Source of the DNA: Amoebidium appalachense
Lineage: Eukaryota; Protista; Ichthyosporea
Assembly (NCBI GenBank): GCA_963693365.1
Contig: CAVNZM010000006.1
Location: 7,667,264-7,731,263, forward strand
Length of the DNA stretch: 64,000 nucleotides
Direction of reading: 5' to 3'
A program made the position numbers and the translations under genes. The notes under the pieces are model-generated. The model made no database searches. It was not told where the DNA came from and saw only the letters and a list, made by a program, of their open reading frames with translations. Below are positions 62,870 to 64,000 of the stretch, piece by piece; positions within the stretch are counted from its first letter, which is position 1, and each line of letters begins with the position of its first letter.

Positions 62870-63058
62870 CCTCCTGCGGTTCACGTCCCCCCGGTTAAAG
62901 AGTCGAAACCCGTGCTTTTGTCGAGGCATAGGAACCCCCCTGATGATGGGCTCTGTTCAAGTGCCTTCTCCCTGCACACTTCTCATTTTTGTGACGTTTT
63001 TGTTGTTGGTTTTTGTTGTCTCCTCCATATTTCCAACCCTCTAACGCATACATCAACC
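62870..63058 (+). mobile_element. Family C copy (relatives at ~650-800, ~10250-10410, ~48260-48352)
   Basis: AGAGTCGAAACC...GGAACCCCCCTGATGATGGGCTCTGTTCAAGTG...TCTCCTCCATATTTCCAACCCTCTAACGCA, shared in part with the other sites. Confidence 0.75.
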
Positions 63059-63653
63059 CCCCCCCCCCCCCCCCCCCCCCCCCTCCCGGCTGCTTCTCCC
63101 CTCCTGTGGTTCACGCCACACCGAGAGAGGAAGACATAGACCTTAAAGGAAGTTTCTTTTTGATCAATTAATTGGCCACTTTCGGGTCAGGCTGGATCAT
63201 AGTGTAATGCGCAGTTCACCAATCATATGGCACAATCCCCCTTCGGGTCTGACCCGACCCGGATTTCTAAATGAGACCCCCTTTAGATCGCGTTTTATGT
63301 TACATGACCAAGCGTTACCTGTGTTGACCAAATACGTTTATTACTACATTTGCGCCTTAAGCCATGAAGCAAATAATAGTGTTGATTTTTATTGGCTTAT
63401 CACCGCAACGACCGAATGCACAGTTTCTAACTCGGCTTGTTGCAGCGAATGAGAAATGTCGTCAAGGAGACAACCCTAGTCGACGAATTAAAACGGCTTG
63501 TTCTTCTTTCGCCGATCTTCACAAAGGACGACCTTTCACAGGTGGGTTTTGTTTTCCCATTTTTCACCAAGTGTTGAATGCATAGCTCCAATCCCCTCCC
63601 ATAAGGGTGTTTGTGTTTTTTTTTGTTTTTGTTTTTTTGTTTTTTTTTTTGGT

Positions 63654-63693
<40 letters not shown>

Positions 63694-63844
63694 AGGGGGA
63701 GGGGAGGGGAGGGGAGGGGGTTTGTGTGACGAGAGAGTAGGGAAGTGGTTGGTAAAGTGGTGGTGAAATAGTGGGAGGTTAGGGAGGGAGTGGATAAGAC
63801 GGGGTGAACGGGGGAGCGGGGGGGGAGATGGGGGGCTGGGGGAA

Positions 63845-63876
<32 letters not shown>

Positions 63877-64000
63877 GGGGGGTTTGAGCTGCTTTGAGAG
63901 AAAGAGGCTAATGGATCTGATGACGTGGGCAAGGGTGATAAAATGAGATAGAAGGCAGACGGCAAGCTGAAGGGGTTGGTGTGTATGTAGACAATGCCAT

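Noticed and set aside
63140-63590. Possible TTAA-AGG (Kolobok-like) element in a TRMT5 intron
   Set aside because: No matching right terminus or TSD was found.

Overview
Eukaryotic, intron-rich genomic DNA, probably a unicellular opisthokont (inferred from protein content and a 28S fragment). Introns are packed with poly-C/poly-G, (CA)n/(GT)n and (CT)n tracts, so nearly all long entries in the ORF track are microsatellite artefacts. Manual splicing with GT-AG and phase checks gives seven identifiable genes: a 5'-partial NIMA/NEK kinase (+), a SETD9-like protein (+), UCKL1 (+), exosome subunit CSL4/EXOSC1 (-) head-to-head with eRF3/Sup35 (+), a secreted bulb-type lectin (+) and 3'-partial TRMT5 (+). 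There is also a weak 4-exon orphan model (-). Introns carry several MITE-like elements and a 28S rRNA fragment. Most notable: (1) an interspersed family, always sense to its host gene, whose head holds all hammerhead-ribozyme core motifs and three pairable stems in a non-canonical strand order; (2) an eRF3 N-terminus combining yeast-Sup35-like QQGGY repeats with animal-type tandem PAM2-like motifs; (3) repeated local amplification of splice junctions; (4) (CA)n-AG acceptors lacking polypyrimidine tracts; (5) an antisense paralogue-derived exon fragment inside the lectin gene. All calls were made by eye, without database searches or folding software.
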